Below are positions 39,164 to 52,515 of a stretch of 64,000 bases of DNA, one piece after another; position 1 is the first letter of the stretch; each line of letters starts with the position of its first letter. Under the pieces are notes generated by a model. It searched no databases, was not told where the DNA came from, and saw nothing but the letters and a program-made list of their open reading frames with translations. The position numbers and the translations under genes are program-made. The stretch lies in contig JBEWZL010000003.1 in NCBI GenBank assembly GCA_045837725.1, positions 1 to 64,000 on the forward strand, given 5' to 3'. Origin of the DNA: Vermamoeba vermiformis (taxonomy: Eukaryota).

Positions 39164-41974
39164 ATGAACGCCCAAACAGCTTTCCTTCAACATCTTCCAG
39201 CAACAGTTATTACAAAAATAGCATGCAATTTAACACTAAGAGACAGCTTGGCATTTGCAGCATCATGCAAGGCAGTGAAAAATCTAGTTTACGAAGCTAG
39301 CGAACCTTGGAAGACTCTGTTTAAAAATATTCCAGCCGATATTCAAAAGAAGAATAGGATTCCCAAGTTGTCTGACAAAGAGGAGACGTCGATTAAAAAT
39401 TGGAGGAATGTTTACAAGTGCTTCTACGACAGAGATACAGCAGATTGGGAGTTTAGCCAAATGTTTGGCGAGGAGGATGCTGAATCCGAGGATTCTGGCT
39501 CTGAGAGTGGTGAAGGTTTGTATTTTCTGTTTATTTTGCTGCTTTTTTTCCTTCCATCCGGACAAATTTTTTTTTGCTGGCATGCATTCGAATCAGCAAT
39601 CGTAAAGAATGCCGATAAATTTTCTAGCATATAATATCGATCCCCTTATCATCAATTTTCAATACGGCGCAATTATAGCGTTGCAGGGTTTTTTATTAAT
39701 TGTAGACCCGCGCTTTTTAATCTAGATCAAAAATTCGTTTTGCTTTTCAATTTCAAGAAATCGATGAATTAAAGCGATCATCTATATCAATACAGATCAC
39801 TATAATTGCTTGGACACGCTGATTAACACTTTTGTATTGTAAAAAAACAGCATCAACCGATAATTGGATCTCAGCGCTCTCTTTCGATAAAACTGGACAA
39901 TACCTCGCTGTTGGATATAACTGTGGACAAGTAAGATGTCATTTTTGCACTTAAATCGGCGCTTCTTTGCTTTTGCATCCCCAATCTGACCGCTTCAATT
40001 AAAATTTAAATTTCTTTCTAGCCCTTAATTCTGCATATTTTTGCGATCCTCGCATTCATTGCAGTCATGAATATACGATTTCACTCTACGCAGAGAGTTT
40101 TGGGGCTGTTTTCTGTGTAGATTTACCCTTCAAATTAAAATTTTGGTGGACGGCAATAATTTAACCAAAGGACAAATTGTACTTATAGATAATTGTATTG
40201 CACTACGTGATCAATCTTAAACAATTTTGTCCGCAATTTCACGTTATAAATCCGCCGGCGATGAATCCTGTGTAACGGCTTTTTTTCCTATTCAGGTCGT
40301 CGTATTGAAGCAGCAAGATGAACAAACATATCAATTACACACCGAATTTAAGAGTCACGAAAGCGAGTTCGACTTCTTGACTTCTATGGAGATCGAAGAG
40401 AAGATCAACGTTATTAAATGGTTCCCTTTCACTCAATACAGTCAATCGCGATATTTACTAACTACTAATGGTAAGTGCATCGTTAAATTAATATTTGCAC
40501 TTCTATGAATGAAATTTTTGCGATCGGATTTGACCGTCCCATGCACGGCGAAATTAATTGTCGTATTTAACAGACAAAACCATCAAGTTATTCAAGATGT
40601 GGGAGAGAAGCAGATTAGACGGAAATGAACGAAAGAATGAAATCTTAGTTAAGCCAAGAAAGGTACTTACTCCGATCTGTTCTTTATTTAATTAACCACG
40701 TAATTATGACACGCACTTGTTCTGATTGTAGATCATTAATATACATGCTTAATTGATCGTATAAAATAGGTATTTGAAGGAGTTCACGCGTACAACATCA
40801 ACTCCGTTGCTTTCAATAGCGACGGCGAGACATTTATTTCTTCTGACGATTTGCGAGTCAATTTGTGGAACGTGAATGTTAGCAATGAAGCCTTCGGTGA
40901 GTATTATTGGCATATTAGAGCTCATTGCATTCTCATAGTAAAAGTTTTTCAATCGGCCAAATTTACTTTTATGGACGAGATCTACGAACCGATAAATTGT
41001 TGTGTTTATGTGATTAGTTACTAATATATTCGTTATTTTATAGGTATTATTGATATTAAGCCCGAAAATATGGACGAGTTAAGCGAAGTTATTACGTGCT
41101 CGGAGCTACATCCGCAAAGCTGCAACGTTTTAGTATACGCCACTAGCAAAGGTGTCATCAGAATGGCTGATTTGAGAGACAAGGCCCTTTGCGAACGTTA
41201 TGCTAAAGGTACGATCACGCAATTACTCTCGCCTTAAACACATTGCCGATCTGGTCCTTTGCACCGATCTGACATTATTCTCTCGTTAGAATTCGAAGAC
41301 ACCGAGTCTGATATTGGCGGCTTCTTCCAAGAGCTAGTGACCACTATCAGCGACGTCGCATTCAGCCCCGATGGTCGATTCATGTGCTCGCGAGATTACT
41401 TGACCATGAAGCTGTGGGACTTGCGCGTTGAGAAGCGACCCTTCAAGACCATCAAGTTCCACGACCACTTGGTCTCCAAGTTGTGCGACTTGTACGAGAA
41501 CGATTCGATCTTCGACAAGTTCGAGTGCGCCTGGAGCAATGACTCACTGTAAGTCTTCCTCTTATTATTATTGTTCAAAGCAAAACATTACCATTTAAAG
41601 CAATTTCGTGCTTGATCGTTCGTTTACTGACAGTCTGTTTTAAGGCGGGTAATGACTGGTTCATACAACAACAATTTCTTTACTTGCGATGTGCTGGGCG
41701 ATGGCATTCGTGCGATGAAGGCACTCAAGCCTGGTCAAGCAGATCCCAGCCAAGGCAGCATTATTGATCCTAGCCGAGAGCTCTTGGACTCTTCACAAAA
41801 GTACGTACAACCCGTTAGATCCAACGCGGATCTCGATGACTTAACCTAAGATGGTATTAACCTCTATTCAATAGGGCTCTTCATGCCGCTTGGCACCCTC
41901 GCCAAGACTTAATCGCTCTTGGTGCCAAAGATTATGGCTACCTCTATCACAAACGAGGACGCCCACGTGATTAA
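39164..41974 (+). CDS. F-box domain fused to a PP2A B55 (PR55)-like WD40 propeller
   Basis: Exon 1 carries [31 protein letters not shown]...W and then WEFSQMFGE. Later exons: [90 protein letters not shown]. Confidence 0.88.
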
Positions 41975-42405
41975 GCAACCGAAAAGATGAAACGAAACAA
42001 CACAACAAACCCAACTTACCGACCAACCCTTCATTTGCCTCATAATACCTACCCTCTCTCTAGCCTTATATATGTTCAACATGCATTTTCTTTTCAACTT
42101 TTGCTGCTTCCGTGGCTCCTCATCGAAAGCGAAATCCAAATCGAACCTTGTACTTCTTACTCCCAATTTTGGAAACATTGTATACTCGAACCAACAGCTT
42201 ATATAGAGCATGATAACACTGAGCCTTATGTACATACTATAGTAACCGTAAAAGTCTCTAATAAACAAAAACATTTAAAAAAAATGGCGAATAAAACTGC
42301 TTCGTGCTACTTTTGAACTTGAAACAAGAGTTAGTACGCGGGAATTCGCTTATTATACTATTTTTATTATTACGAAGGGGTTGTAATATAAACAGGTTGG
42401 TTGGA

Positions 42406-42852
42406 TTATTTCTTAGCGGCACCTTGTTGGATGGCCATTTGAAGCTCCATAACTTTCTGTCGTTTTTCGTTGTGTTTCTTTTCCAAGTCCTTAGTAAGAT
42501 TCTCGTGTCGCTTACTAGCATATTTAAGCGGTTAGTAGTCTGTGGAACTAAATTGGAAAGCGAGCTTGTGTCGTCAAGATCGGATCGCGCACTCGTTCCA
42601 CTTCGTGTATTATTGCTTAGATAACTTACACTTCGCTATCAATATAATCAATGCGCTTTTGTACATGAGATTTTGCTTCGTCTCTGGGTTGCTTAACTAA
42701 CACAGGACCAATCATTTTGTATATATTGGCATCGTCAGGAGCCAACTCCAATTCCTTGCGAATAAATCATAATTAATACAAATATAATTGTTAAAATATA
42801 TTTAGCATTATAATCAACGTTTGACAGGCCAGTATTACGTTTAATTAAAAAA

Positions 42853-42903
<51 letters not shown>

Positions 42904-43142
42904 TTTTCTATTAAATATTTTGTCGATCTATTTTGTTTTCTTACCTTCATGACCAGTGTGTTCTCATTTAATTGAGTCATTAATTTTTGTCTATTTGTTG
43001 CTACTCTTTGTAACTCTAAATGCAGTAGGCATTAGCTGGTTGAATAAAACTCGTCGAATCTCGATCTAATTTTACCTGCTTGAGTTGCTTTGAACTCTTT
43101 AAGTTCGCTTTCGAACTTAACCATCATCTCTGCTCGCGCCAT
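42406..43142 (-). CDS. PFDN6: Prefoldin subunit 6
   Basis: Four exons: RQKLMTQLNENTLVMKELELAPDDANIYKMIGPVLVKQPRDEAKSHVQKRIDYI. Confidence 0.9.
42847..42898. repeat. A10-T42 homopolymer tract in a prefoldin intron
   Basis: Read directly from the sequence. Confidence 0.95.
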
Positions 43143-43336
43143 GGTGTTTGTTGTGTACAATCGTTCGTTCTAAGCAGCGCAGATAAACAATTTCTCTGCC
43201 GAGTGGGCAGGACCAATGCCGAGCAGGGCAGCAAAAGATAGAAGCGACAAATTATTTTTCATCAGCTTATTAGTTCCTTTCTAACACCACACGTTAATTA
43301 ACGATATTTGTATACTTGTATATATAACACTGCAAC

Positions 43337-44330
43337 ATGGGCGATTCAATTTTCGGATTGGTTGGCAAGGATTACGTACTTTTGGTTGCTGACGCTGTGC
43401 AAGCTAGATCAATCGTCGTATTGACAGAATTTGAAGATAAAATATTGCCTCTCGATAGTCACAAATTATTTGCTATGTCTGGTGAGCACGGAGACCGCAT
43501 TCAATTCTCTCAATACATCCAAAAAAATATGGCTCTCTATTACTACAGAAACAATTTGGAATTGACTACACACGCCGCTGCTAATTTTACTCGTCGCCAA
43601 TTGGCTGATGCATTGCGACAGAACCCTTACCAAGTTAATGTTTTGTTGGGCGGATTTGACAAAGAAGGTCCCTCGCTTTATTTCCTCGATTATCTTGCAG
43701 CTATGCACAAGGTAAATGATAATATGAATTATTATATTTTTTCTACGATTATAGCGTTTATTCTAATTAAATTTTGTAATTGCAAAACTTTTCTAATTTT
43801 TCGTCATTATTTTTATTTAATTAGCAATGCTGACAAATATCGTATAGGTGCCTTTTGCTGCTCATGGATACGCTGGATATTTCATTTACGGTTTATTGGA
43901 CAAATTGTACAAGGATGGTAAGTAACATCTGGATTCAATTTCTCTTGCAATCTGTTTTACCTTTTAATAATAATCGTCGTGGGACCAATTCTAGACAATA
44001 TATTATCACGATCCCATTAAATACGTGAAATAAGGCATTATTACAATTAAGAATCGTTATGACAATACATGCAATTAGTCGTTTTGTAACGGATGTGCTT
44101 TATCGACTAATTGTAAATTTCATCTCATTACACTCGATAATTATAATGCTCGGCATTCTTAATAATATTACATGCCTGACGTATTCGAAATCATAGGTCT
44201 GTCCGTAGAAGAAGGTGTCGAAGTGGCTCGTGCGTGCGTTAAAGAACTTCAAACCCGCATGGTGCTCAACTCACCCAAGTACTTGGCCAAGATTGTCGAT
44301 GCTAACGGCACTCGCGTCATTGAGCTCTAA
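43337..44330 (+). CDS. PSMB2: 20S proteasome subunit beta type-2 (beta4/Pre1)
   Basis: GEHGDRIQFSQYIQKNMALY, AAANFTRRQLADALR, PYQVNVLLGGFD, PSLYFLDYL, PFAAHGY; three exons. Confidence 0.95.
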
Positions 44331-44638
44331 ACACTCCCTGCACATAGCTCGTGTTAATACGACTCGTCGTTTCAGTCTGCTTGCGATGTTTAATAGCAGA
44401 ACTGCAAGTGGACTGGGAGACGAGTCACTTTTAATCTTGATGTAACAAATTCAAAGTAAATACGTAAAACCAATCCATATGTCATATATCATGTCCTATT
44501 GACCACCCGAAACTGCCTTGCTGCGATCCTGCATCAAACGGGTTTACTGTACTCGGATCTTGGAACTGGGATTAATACTAACAACGAGTCATATCAACAT
44601 TGGAGCGCTAGGACTTGTATTTAAGTAGGTCAATTACA

Positions 44639-46064
44639 TTACTGCTCTTTAGGTTTATTAACAAGCGGCAAATACCACTCTTCAGTCATGCCTGCTTCTG
44701 CGCGTGCTGCCGTGTTGAATGGTGGCTTCAGACCGCCGTGGAAATATTTGCGCACTGTTTCGTGGAAATAAGGAATGGGCTCCTATGTCATAGAATGTGA
44801 ATATAACGATTATAAGAACCAAATTCATTGTTCGTTGTTACCTTTGGCGGATCCATTCGTTTGCACAAGAAAGTGAACCATTTAATTCCCGCTGTAACAT
44901 GTGTTTGCTCGTCCTAATATAGCACATTAATATCAGCATGGCAATCGTGTTCGCGTGAGTAATAGCCGATTGCTTATGCCTGTTTACTCACCCTTAAAAT
45001 TTCTTCCAACAACACCGCTGAAATCTCATCTTTCGCATTACGGAATTTTTCAATAGTTTTTGGTGTCACATCAATGCCTCCTACACGCATTCATATTTAG
45101 TTTACAGATAGCATAATAATATATGTTACGTACTGGCTTCGTGTACCATGTGCTCAATGGCCAATCGCGCCATCAAATCGTGCGCCGTGTCACTGGCACT
45201 CTGCCACAGTCCTTCGTGTGCGGGCAACGAGCCTGTGCAGCAAAAAGAAATAATAAGATAATGATCAATAGTGATTGGTACACTGTACTGACCGTAATCT
45301 GAACCCATTTGCTTCAATCTTTTCAATAACAAGCTGTAGTGCTATAATATGATATGATTAATCACTAGTATGATTATCGTTTTAAATCTACGTTGTGAGG
45401 ATCCAATCGTTGAGTTGAACAAATTTATCCGTCATTGAATCAATCGTAATTATGAACACTTACTCTAGCCTCATCTTCAGCTACTTTGACCCAATCATCG
45501 AAAAATTCGCGAGGCAAATCATAATCAGCGAAACGAGCGATCAGATCCCAAGAGAGATCGATTGCAACGGACTCTATAGCCGTTTTAAAATTAATGCAAA
45601 ATATTATAGATAAATTATAACGTACCTATATGTACAAGTGAATGAATCATCGCGATTCGATTTTGCTGAATTAAAAATTAATTTTTAATATTCTGGGTGA
45701 TTATTTAAGCTGTAATTACCTCATTTCCTGCCTTTCCGCGTTTAGGCATATCTCGAGGTGCCAGAATTTTTACATAATCAGGTCGTTCAGGTTTTGGATT
45801 CGGTTTGACAGAGCCGATCTGAGAAAATATTCAAAATCAGAACCTTTCGTTAATCTACAATAATATTGAATTTGCATACTTCTGCGATTTCATTATTTCT
45901 CCAAGCATCCACGGCTTTTTGCGTTAATTCGGCCTATTTTCAATACAGATCTTAGTTACGCGCGATAGAGACCGAGACCCTTTGCTTACTTTCTTATTAG
46001 CATCGCCAGTATTCAATATCTCAACGGCTAAATATGTCAAACTTTTTGTAGCTGGTTGTTCCAT
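44639..46064 (-). CDS. Ferritin-like DUF455 family protein
   Basis: IHSLVHIESVAIDLSWD, VAEDEARHY, LPAHEGLW, HMVHEARGID, DEQTHV, LKPPFNTAAR..AG; many short exons. Confidence 0.88.
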
Positions 46065-46300
46065 GGCGTTCACTTTCTGTTTGAAAAAAAAGGTAGGATC
46101 GAGCTTGAAAAACAAGGACCCGCTTAGTTCTCAATCGCACAGCACATTATTCTAGTGTAACTATCATATTGTACAGATATGTTTGTTCGTACACCTACCT
46201 CACTTGTCAGCCAACTTTTCACTTTCGCGAAAATAGACTAAATTTTCTATTGCTGATTTCATTTTGTTTCTTGATCCAGCTGCAGAAGACAATAACAGCC

Positions 46301-46947
46301 ATGGCTTATTATCAAACTAACCCTAACCAACCTCCTATGTACAACCCTCAATTGGGTGCGCAAGTCTACTATGTTCAGCCGACTTCGCCTTCTCAACCTT
46401 TGATCGTGCACAACAATGTTGCATATCCGACTGCTCCGCCAGAGTACTCAATTGTCGTGCACGAGCACCATCACAGAGTGCACCGCATGGCTTCATCGTC
46501 ATTCATTTTGGCTATTTGCGGCTTGTTCTTCTTCCCAGGTAAGCTCTCGAAATTTTATCAAAAATTAAATGTAAATTGATAATTTTAATTGCTTTAATAT
46601 TATTTGGTGCGTTACTTAGCAAGCACGAATATTACTAATAATATTTAGCGTATTCCATGATTATTCTGTTTTAAGTTTTTTTGATCAGCTATTAGTGAAT
46701 CTCTCCGTTGAAGTTCTATCGTCATTTTTACACTTAATTATATTCTTCAAATATTAATATGATATTATTAGGAATTTTGTCCGTATTGGCCATCGTTTTC
46801 GGTGGTGTTGCTTTGAGCAAGAAGGATCAGTTGGACTGCAGATCCCGTCGCCTTGCTATTTGGGGCTTGACCGTTGGTATTATTGGCCTTATTTGGGCTC
46901 CCTTATACTTGCTCTTCTTCTTCTTGCCTCTCGTTTCTTACCATTAA
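46301..46947 (+). CDS. Small Pro/Tyr-rich membrane protein (DUF4190-like)
   Basis: PY-rich N-terminus; ASSSFILAICG...GILSVLAIVFGGVAL...LAIWGLTVGIIG; one intron. Confidence 0.7.
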
Positions 46948-47383
46948 AGATCGAGCGGACACGAAATCCAAAATCCGTTGTATCATTTATGACCCTAATA
47001 TAAATAGCATACCTGTATAGTTTTCAAATTATTTACAATCGTTAATGGCGAGTGAATTCAAATAATCTGTGCGGATCAGCCTAGCTTGGCTCTCAAAACT
47101 CTGAACGTGCATGAATTTAGTGCTTCAAACAGTTACCGCCATAACAAGTTGCCATATATAACTCATAGGATATTCAATGATGTTTGGTTCTTCATTTCTC
47201 TCCACTCTGCATCCGAAGGACATTGTTGCCTTGGCAAGAACTCATTCGAGCCGATGGAAGAGCTCAATGATTCCATTAACAAGGTGCGCGTATATTCAAG
47301 AGAATGAATGTGGACAAAAGACTTGACAGCAAGCGGCCTTATGTTTTTTGTAAAGGAGCAAGTAATTCAAAAGTTTTAGCAGC

Positions 47384-49302
47384 ATGAGAGCAATAACACT
47401 CTTAGTTGGGCTTGTAATAGTAGCCGTTAGTGTATACTCATTGAATATCGATGATTTCTCGGAGCAGAACGTGTTGGAACGAGAATTAGTATCAGATCAA
47501 GTGACAGTCAAGTCGATCCTCGCTGAACACGATAAGCCGAGCAAGAATATTGGTGAAAAAAATTTTAAGGGCACAACTTTGGCTTATGTAACTCCATGGT
47601 AAGTTTCTTGGAGCTAAAGCAATTGATTCCAAGTATTCTTTTAAATTTTATACCTGGATGCATTAGCTACGAGATTCAATTATAATCCAAATATTTACGA
47701 TATTCATTAATATATTTAAATTTAGGAATAACAAAGGCTACGACATTGCCAAAGTTTTTAATTGCAAGTTTGATTATGTATCGCCAGTGTGGTACAGAGT
47801 TATGCGGTAAGACTGCCATAGTAATCACGATGGTCATTTTCAAAATATCAATATTGTTCATGATTAAATTTACATTTTGCGGTGCTCTGAATTTCGAAGC
47901 TGATCTCGCTACTGTAGCAACGACAAAGGCAAATTAGTGCTGGCAGGTCGCCAAGACGTCGATCAGGGCTGGGTGACTGACGTGCGTGCCACTGCTGACA
48001 AGTGCAGTGCGGAGTCACGTCCGAAGATTGTGCCGCGATTTCACTTTGAAAGCTGGTCCCCGCAACAATACGCGCAATTGTTCGGCAACAGCGAAGACCG
48101 CATAATTTCTGCAAAGACTGAAGGACTCATCAATGCTATCGTCGACGAGTGCACGTAAGTCTCGAATATAATAATAATGAGTAGTAGAGGGTCTGATCCA
48201 CTATTTCCTAATTAGGAAACAAAACTTTGACGGAATTGTCCTAGATCAGGGCTACGTAGCCATCAGAATTTTTGGCGCGAAAATGTACGACTTTTTGATT
48301 GCCTTGGCGAAGAAAATGCACGAGAACAACAAAGTGCTGATTTTAGTCGTGCCGGTGAGTTTAACTGACAATACGGACTTGCCTAATTAGGAAATACTAA
48401 TTGATGTGTCGTTAGCCTATTCGATCTAATGACGCAGATCAAAATCCGTTCATTTCAAGCGATTTTGTGGATCTGATGGAACACATTGATTACTTCTCGC
48501 TGATGACTTATGACTTCTCGAGCAAGTAAGTGCCTAATATATATCTATATCTATCATACTACTGTTGTGTGACTAGTGAATTGAATCAAAAGAATGAATG
48601 AAAGGATTTGAAAGCGAAAAAAAAAGTTTTTTATTTTGTTCTGTTCTCGCAATTAGAAATCACCCACAATTCCAACTTGAACTCGCTATTATACTGCCAT
48701 TATATTCACCCATTCACTAGGCCTGGTCCCAATGCGCCATTACCGTGGATGACGCACGCTGTTTTATCGCTGATCCCTGCCGAACATCGCGAACAATACG
48801 CACGCAAAATATTGCTCGGACTTAACTTCTACGGCTATGACTATATTAAGAATGGCGGTCAAGAGGCTGTGTTAGGTACGCGAATACAAACGACTCATTA
48901 CTAAAAAAGGAAAATTTGGCGAAAGTGCGACCCATGAATGCAAGAATATTTATTTCCTTTTATAGGCAACAAGGTCGTTGAATTGTTATCGAAGAAGAAA
49001 CAAACCAAAATCGAATGGGACGAGAATAGCTTCGAACATTTCTTCAACTACAAAGACGACAAGAAGCAGCTGCACGTAGTCTATTATCCGACATTAAAGG
49101 TACGTCAGAGAGATCATTTAACGATTAACTAATAATGGCTAAAATCTATTTTTAGTCCATTCAAGAACGGCTCGATGTTGCTAAGAGCATTGGACTCGGC
49201 GTTTCAATTTGGGAGATCGGACAAGTAAGATTAGCACTCGTACATTCGTATATATCTAATCGTCGATTTTAGGGCATGGATTACTTCTATGATTTGATGT
49301 AA
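47384..49302 (+). CDS. CHID1: Chitinase domain-containing protein 1 (GH18-like)
   Basis: TLAYVTPWNNKGYDIAK, FSLMTYDFS, PGPNAPLPW, KILLGLNFYGYDY, VYYPTLKSIQERL, SIWEIGQGMDYFYDLM. Confidence 0.93.
48562..48679. repeat. 118-bp direct copy of the HSP70 upstream region (59622-59739) inside a CHID1 intron
   Basis: Identical by eye except A48606 versus G59666. Confidence 0.95.
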
Positions 49303-50011
49303 TGCGAGATTCAATCTCGAAACGAACATCACTAAAACGTATTGTTTGTAACGAAAGACCTCTTTTATTGTATTCTCTCAAACCTCAGAGTAACTACCAG
49401 TCAAATATCACTTCGACGGAGCGATTAACCAACCTTAAATAACGTGACCTCATAATAGTAGTTGCTGGTTTGCTGGCATTGCGATACAAGGTGCAAATGA
49501 GACTTGCTTGCCCTGTTTGGTCGACCGGCGGGTAATGCTGTTATAACCACGAGACATCGTCAATCAAACATAAACTGGTAGCATATAAACAGTTGCCACT
49601 AGGTACGACAGTGGTATACGGCTGTTCCAGATCAGGGAGCCAACCAACACTAAGTACACTAGTTTACTTCTGTCATCCCTATCTACGAGCGATTATTTAA
49701 CCAACAACCCATTACAGCGGGAACAATAGACATTCATTGATTATTGGTACAAAGTTAGTCATGTGTGTTGTTCGATGAATGAAAAAAGTTGAGAAATTTA
49801 TCGGATTCAACGGGCCTGGTTGTCTCTGCTGCATAAAACTTGGTTTTTGCCTGTTTCAGTTTATTCTACCAAAATGTCTGTATAAATTTACCACACGACA
49901 CCTTATTGCTAGAGGGTAATCAAATATCAAATCTAATCTACAACGATTTAGTTATTTTTACCCTTATTCCCCCAATGTCCGCTACAACTCTTATATTATA
50001 CAATAACAAAA

Positions 50012-51714
50012 ATGGAGCCTATTCATCAAGACAATGAATTACCCTTCGAGATTCTTCTCTCGTTGGGCGAACTGCTAGTGACGCGAGATCTGATCAACTT
50101 TGGTCAGGTCTGTAGAACTTGGAACCTCGCTACTACCTATATTCTCAGTAAGTACAATTATCGGCTTTTTTTGCATAGCGTTTATCGAGTTAGATAATTA
50201 TTCAGATTTTTTTCTAATTCTTGATTTTCAGACACATCCACGACCTTTGATTTTTATCGGTTCCGTCACTTCTTAACCGACGAGAATATAGCCGCCACGA
50301 TCGGTCGTTTACAAAACCTCGAGATCCTGGGTCTCGGTGGCTGCCGCTGGTTGACCAACAAAACCTTGCGCTTAGTCGCTGAGAATTGCAAAAAATTAAA
50401 GTAAGCATTTTGATTATAACATAATCACAAAAATATGCAAACTATAATATTAAGATGGAATTTTGGCCTTTAATTTCGATATTTTCGAACGTCAATTTGC
50501 AAGCCCTCAAATCCGGTTTTGTGTCGCATATTTTTAGCTTTTAATATTATTTATAGCATTTACTAATATTCAATATAACTAGAAAGCTCTACGTGTACCA
50601 TTTCAAAACAGCAGATGATTCCGTCTTCGAATCCTTCGCCAACAACTGCCAAGAGCTCGAAGTGCTGCACTTATATTCAGCAGGTCTCGCTACTAGTGCT
50701 GGAATGCAAGTCCTATCCAAGCTGACCAACCTCCGCGTATTGAACCTCAAGCGTTGTCCTATCACCGACGACGTACTTTGGCAGATTTGCCAAAGTTGCT
50801 CAAAACTGATGGTGTTGAATTTGAATGGGTGTGTTAAAATTACTAACCGAGGCCTTGATGCTATCACCGCTCATTTGAAGTAAGTAACCCAGATCCAGCT
50901 CGCTACATGAACTTACTATTCGCATCCAAAATTATTACTTTTTCCTCGTCGATCCAGTTAACGAGACCTTATTTAATATACATATCATACTTTTCATTAC
51001 CAAGCACGTCAATTAATCCATTTTGAACGGATCTTAAACTCGTTACAAATTTCTAACCTTCTTTTTCTTAGCACTCAGCTGAGTAAATTGGGTCTTTCTC
51101 ATACGCACGTCAGCGACGTTACACTACAAGAGCTGACTATATGCTCTAATCTCAAGAGTCTCATGCTCGAGAACGTTGAAAAACTGACCGAGTTCGCCTT
51201 AGATCCGCTCGTCAAAGCCTTAACGAACTTAGAAGCTCTCGACATTACTGGTGCTAGGTCTAAAAATGATCCTATTCGTCTGATAGGTCAATACTGCACC
51301 AACTTGAAATCGCTGCGGATGGAGCAATGTTCTCGCATCCACGACGCAGTGCTGATCCAAGTCTTGCGCGGCTGCACTCAACTCGAACGACTCTGCATTA
51401 ATGGCATGAAGAATATTACCGACACTTCAGTTAAAGTCTTAGCCGAAAACTGCACGCATTTGGTCGATCTTGAAACATCCGGATGTATCAAATTGACTGA
51501 CGAATCCGTCATCGAAGTGGCTAAGAATTGCACTCGACTGTTCTATTTGAATTTATCCCAATGTCGCAAGATCACTGATGCTGCAATTGAAGCTATCTGC
51601 GAACACTTGACGAATCTGAAGACGATCAACTTGTCGCAGTGTCCTAATGTCTCACCTCAAGCTGTTAATGCACTGCAAGTTCGTTATCCGCGCTGCATAA
51701 TCAAATATGTTTAA
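50012..51714 (+). CDS. F-box/LRR protein (FBXL-type)
   Basis: ELPFEILL...DLINFGQVCRTW F-box followed by Cys-containing LRRs (LNLSQCRKITD). Confidence 0.92.
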
Positions 51715-51998
51715 ACATGTTTCTTCAATAAATCATACTTTAGATAAGAACCGTTCACTTCTTCGGATAGATTAGCTCAAAATACTTTATGGTGCCAGAT
51801 GCATCAGTGTTTCGGTAAATAGAATATAAAGATGAATATAAGAAGTTAACGAAGAGTTTTGGCATAGGTCCCCTAATAATTAGATTCTCCTGTGCTACTG
51901 ATGACACCCAAAAGACATAAAGAATGCCATGCCGATAATTCCTCCATTAAATTAAGCTTAATTTTACAGTTTATTGAGCAAAGAGAAAGCTGCTTAAA

Positions 51999-52388
51999 TC
52001 AGCTGTAGACTGCCCATATGATTATTCCTATGAGTAGCAATAAGGCTGCGGTACTTGCCGCAATTGCCTTTTTTCGAGGAGCACGCTCGTCTTTACGATA
52101 ATGCGTTTCATCCACGGGCCTGTTAGCCTGAACATTCTTCAATAATAGGCGAAGTGTCTCCTGATCTGCATTGGCTTTGAGTCCTTTCAATTTAGCAAAC
52201 TTTTGTAGACCACGATAATTAACTTCGTCAAAGTCGATAGTAGCAAACGCGCTTTCAATTTCTTCTTTTGTATTCACTCCTAAAGACAGTTTAAGATCAT
52301 TCAGGTCCTCTTCTGAGAGCGCATCCCAATTGCTGGAGTGGTCAAATATCTTGACGGAGTGCAACTCAATGTTTGTAGTGGTATTCAT
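51999..52388 (-). CDS. Small tail-anchored protein with a SAP/LEM-like helix-extension-helix
   Basis: NYRGLQKFAKLKGLKANADQETLRLLL and a C-terminal TM helix; intronless ORF. Confidence 0.6.
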   Translation of the reverse strand: MNTTTNIELHSVKIFDHSSNWDALSEEDLNDLKLSLGVNTKEEIESAFATIDFDEVNYRGLQKFAKLKGLKANADQETLRLLLKNVQANRPVDETHYRKDERAPRKKAIAASTAALLLLIGIIIWAVYS

Positions 52389-52515
52389 TGATTAGTTGTG
52401 ATACGAAGGTAATTAATTCAATCAGAAATCGTTACTGCCAAATTTCTATTCAGTAATCTCGCGGCACCTCCGCGTTGATTGACAGTGCAAAGTTTTTGGA
52501 TTGAACAGTACCACA

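Noticed and set aside
44639-46064. DUF455 as a recent bacterial transfer
   Set aside because: Intron-rich with host-like composition, and the family also occurs in eukaryotes.
49330-49770. Possible small minus-strand gene
   Set aside because: No consistent reading frame or recognisable motif could be assembled.
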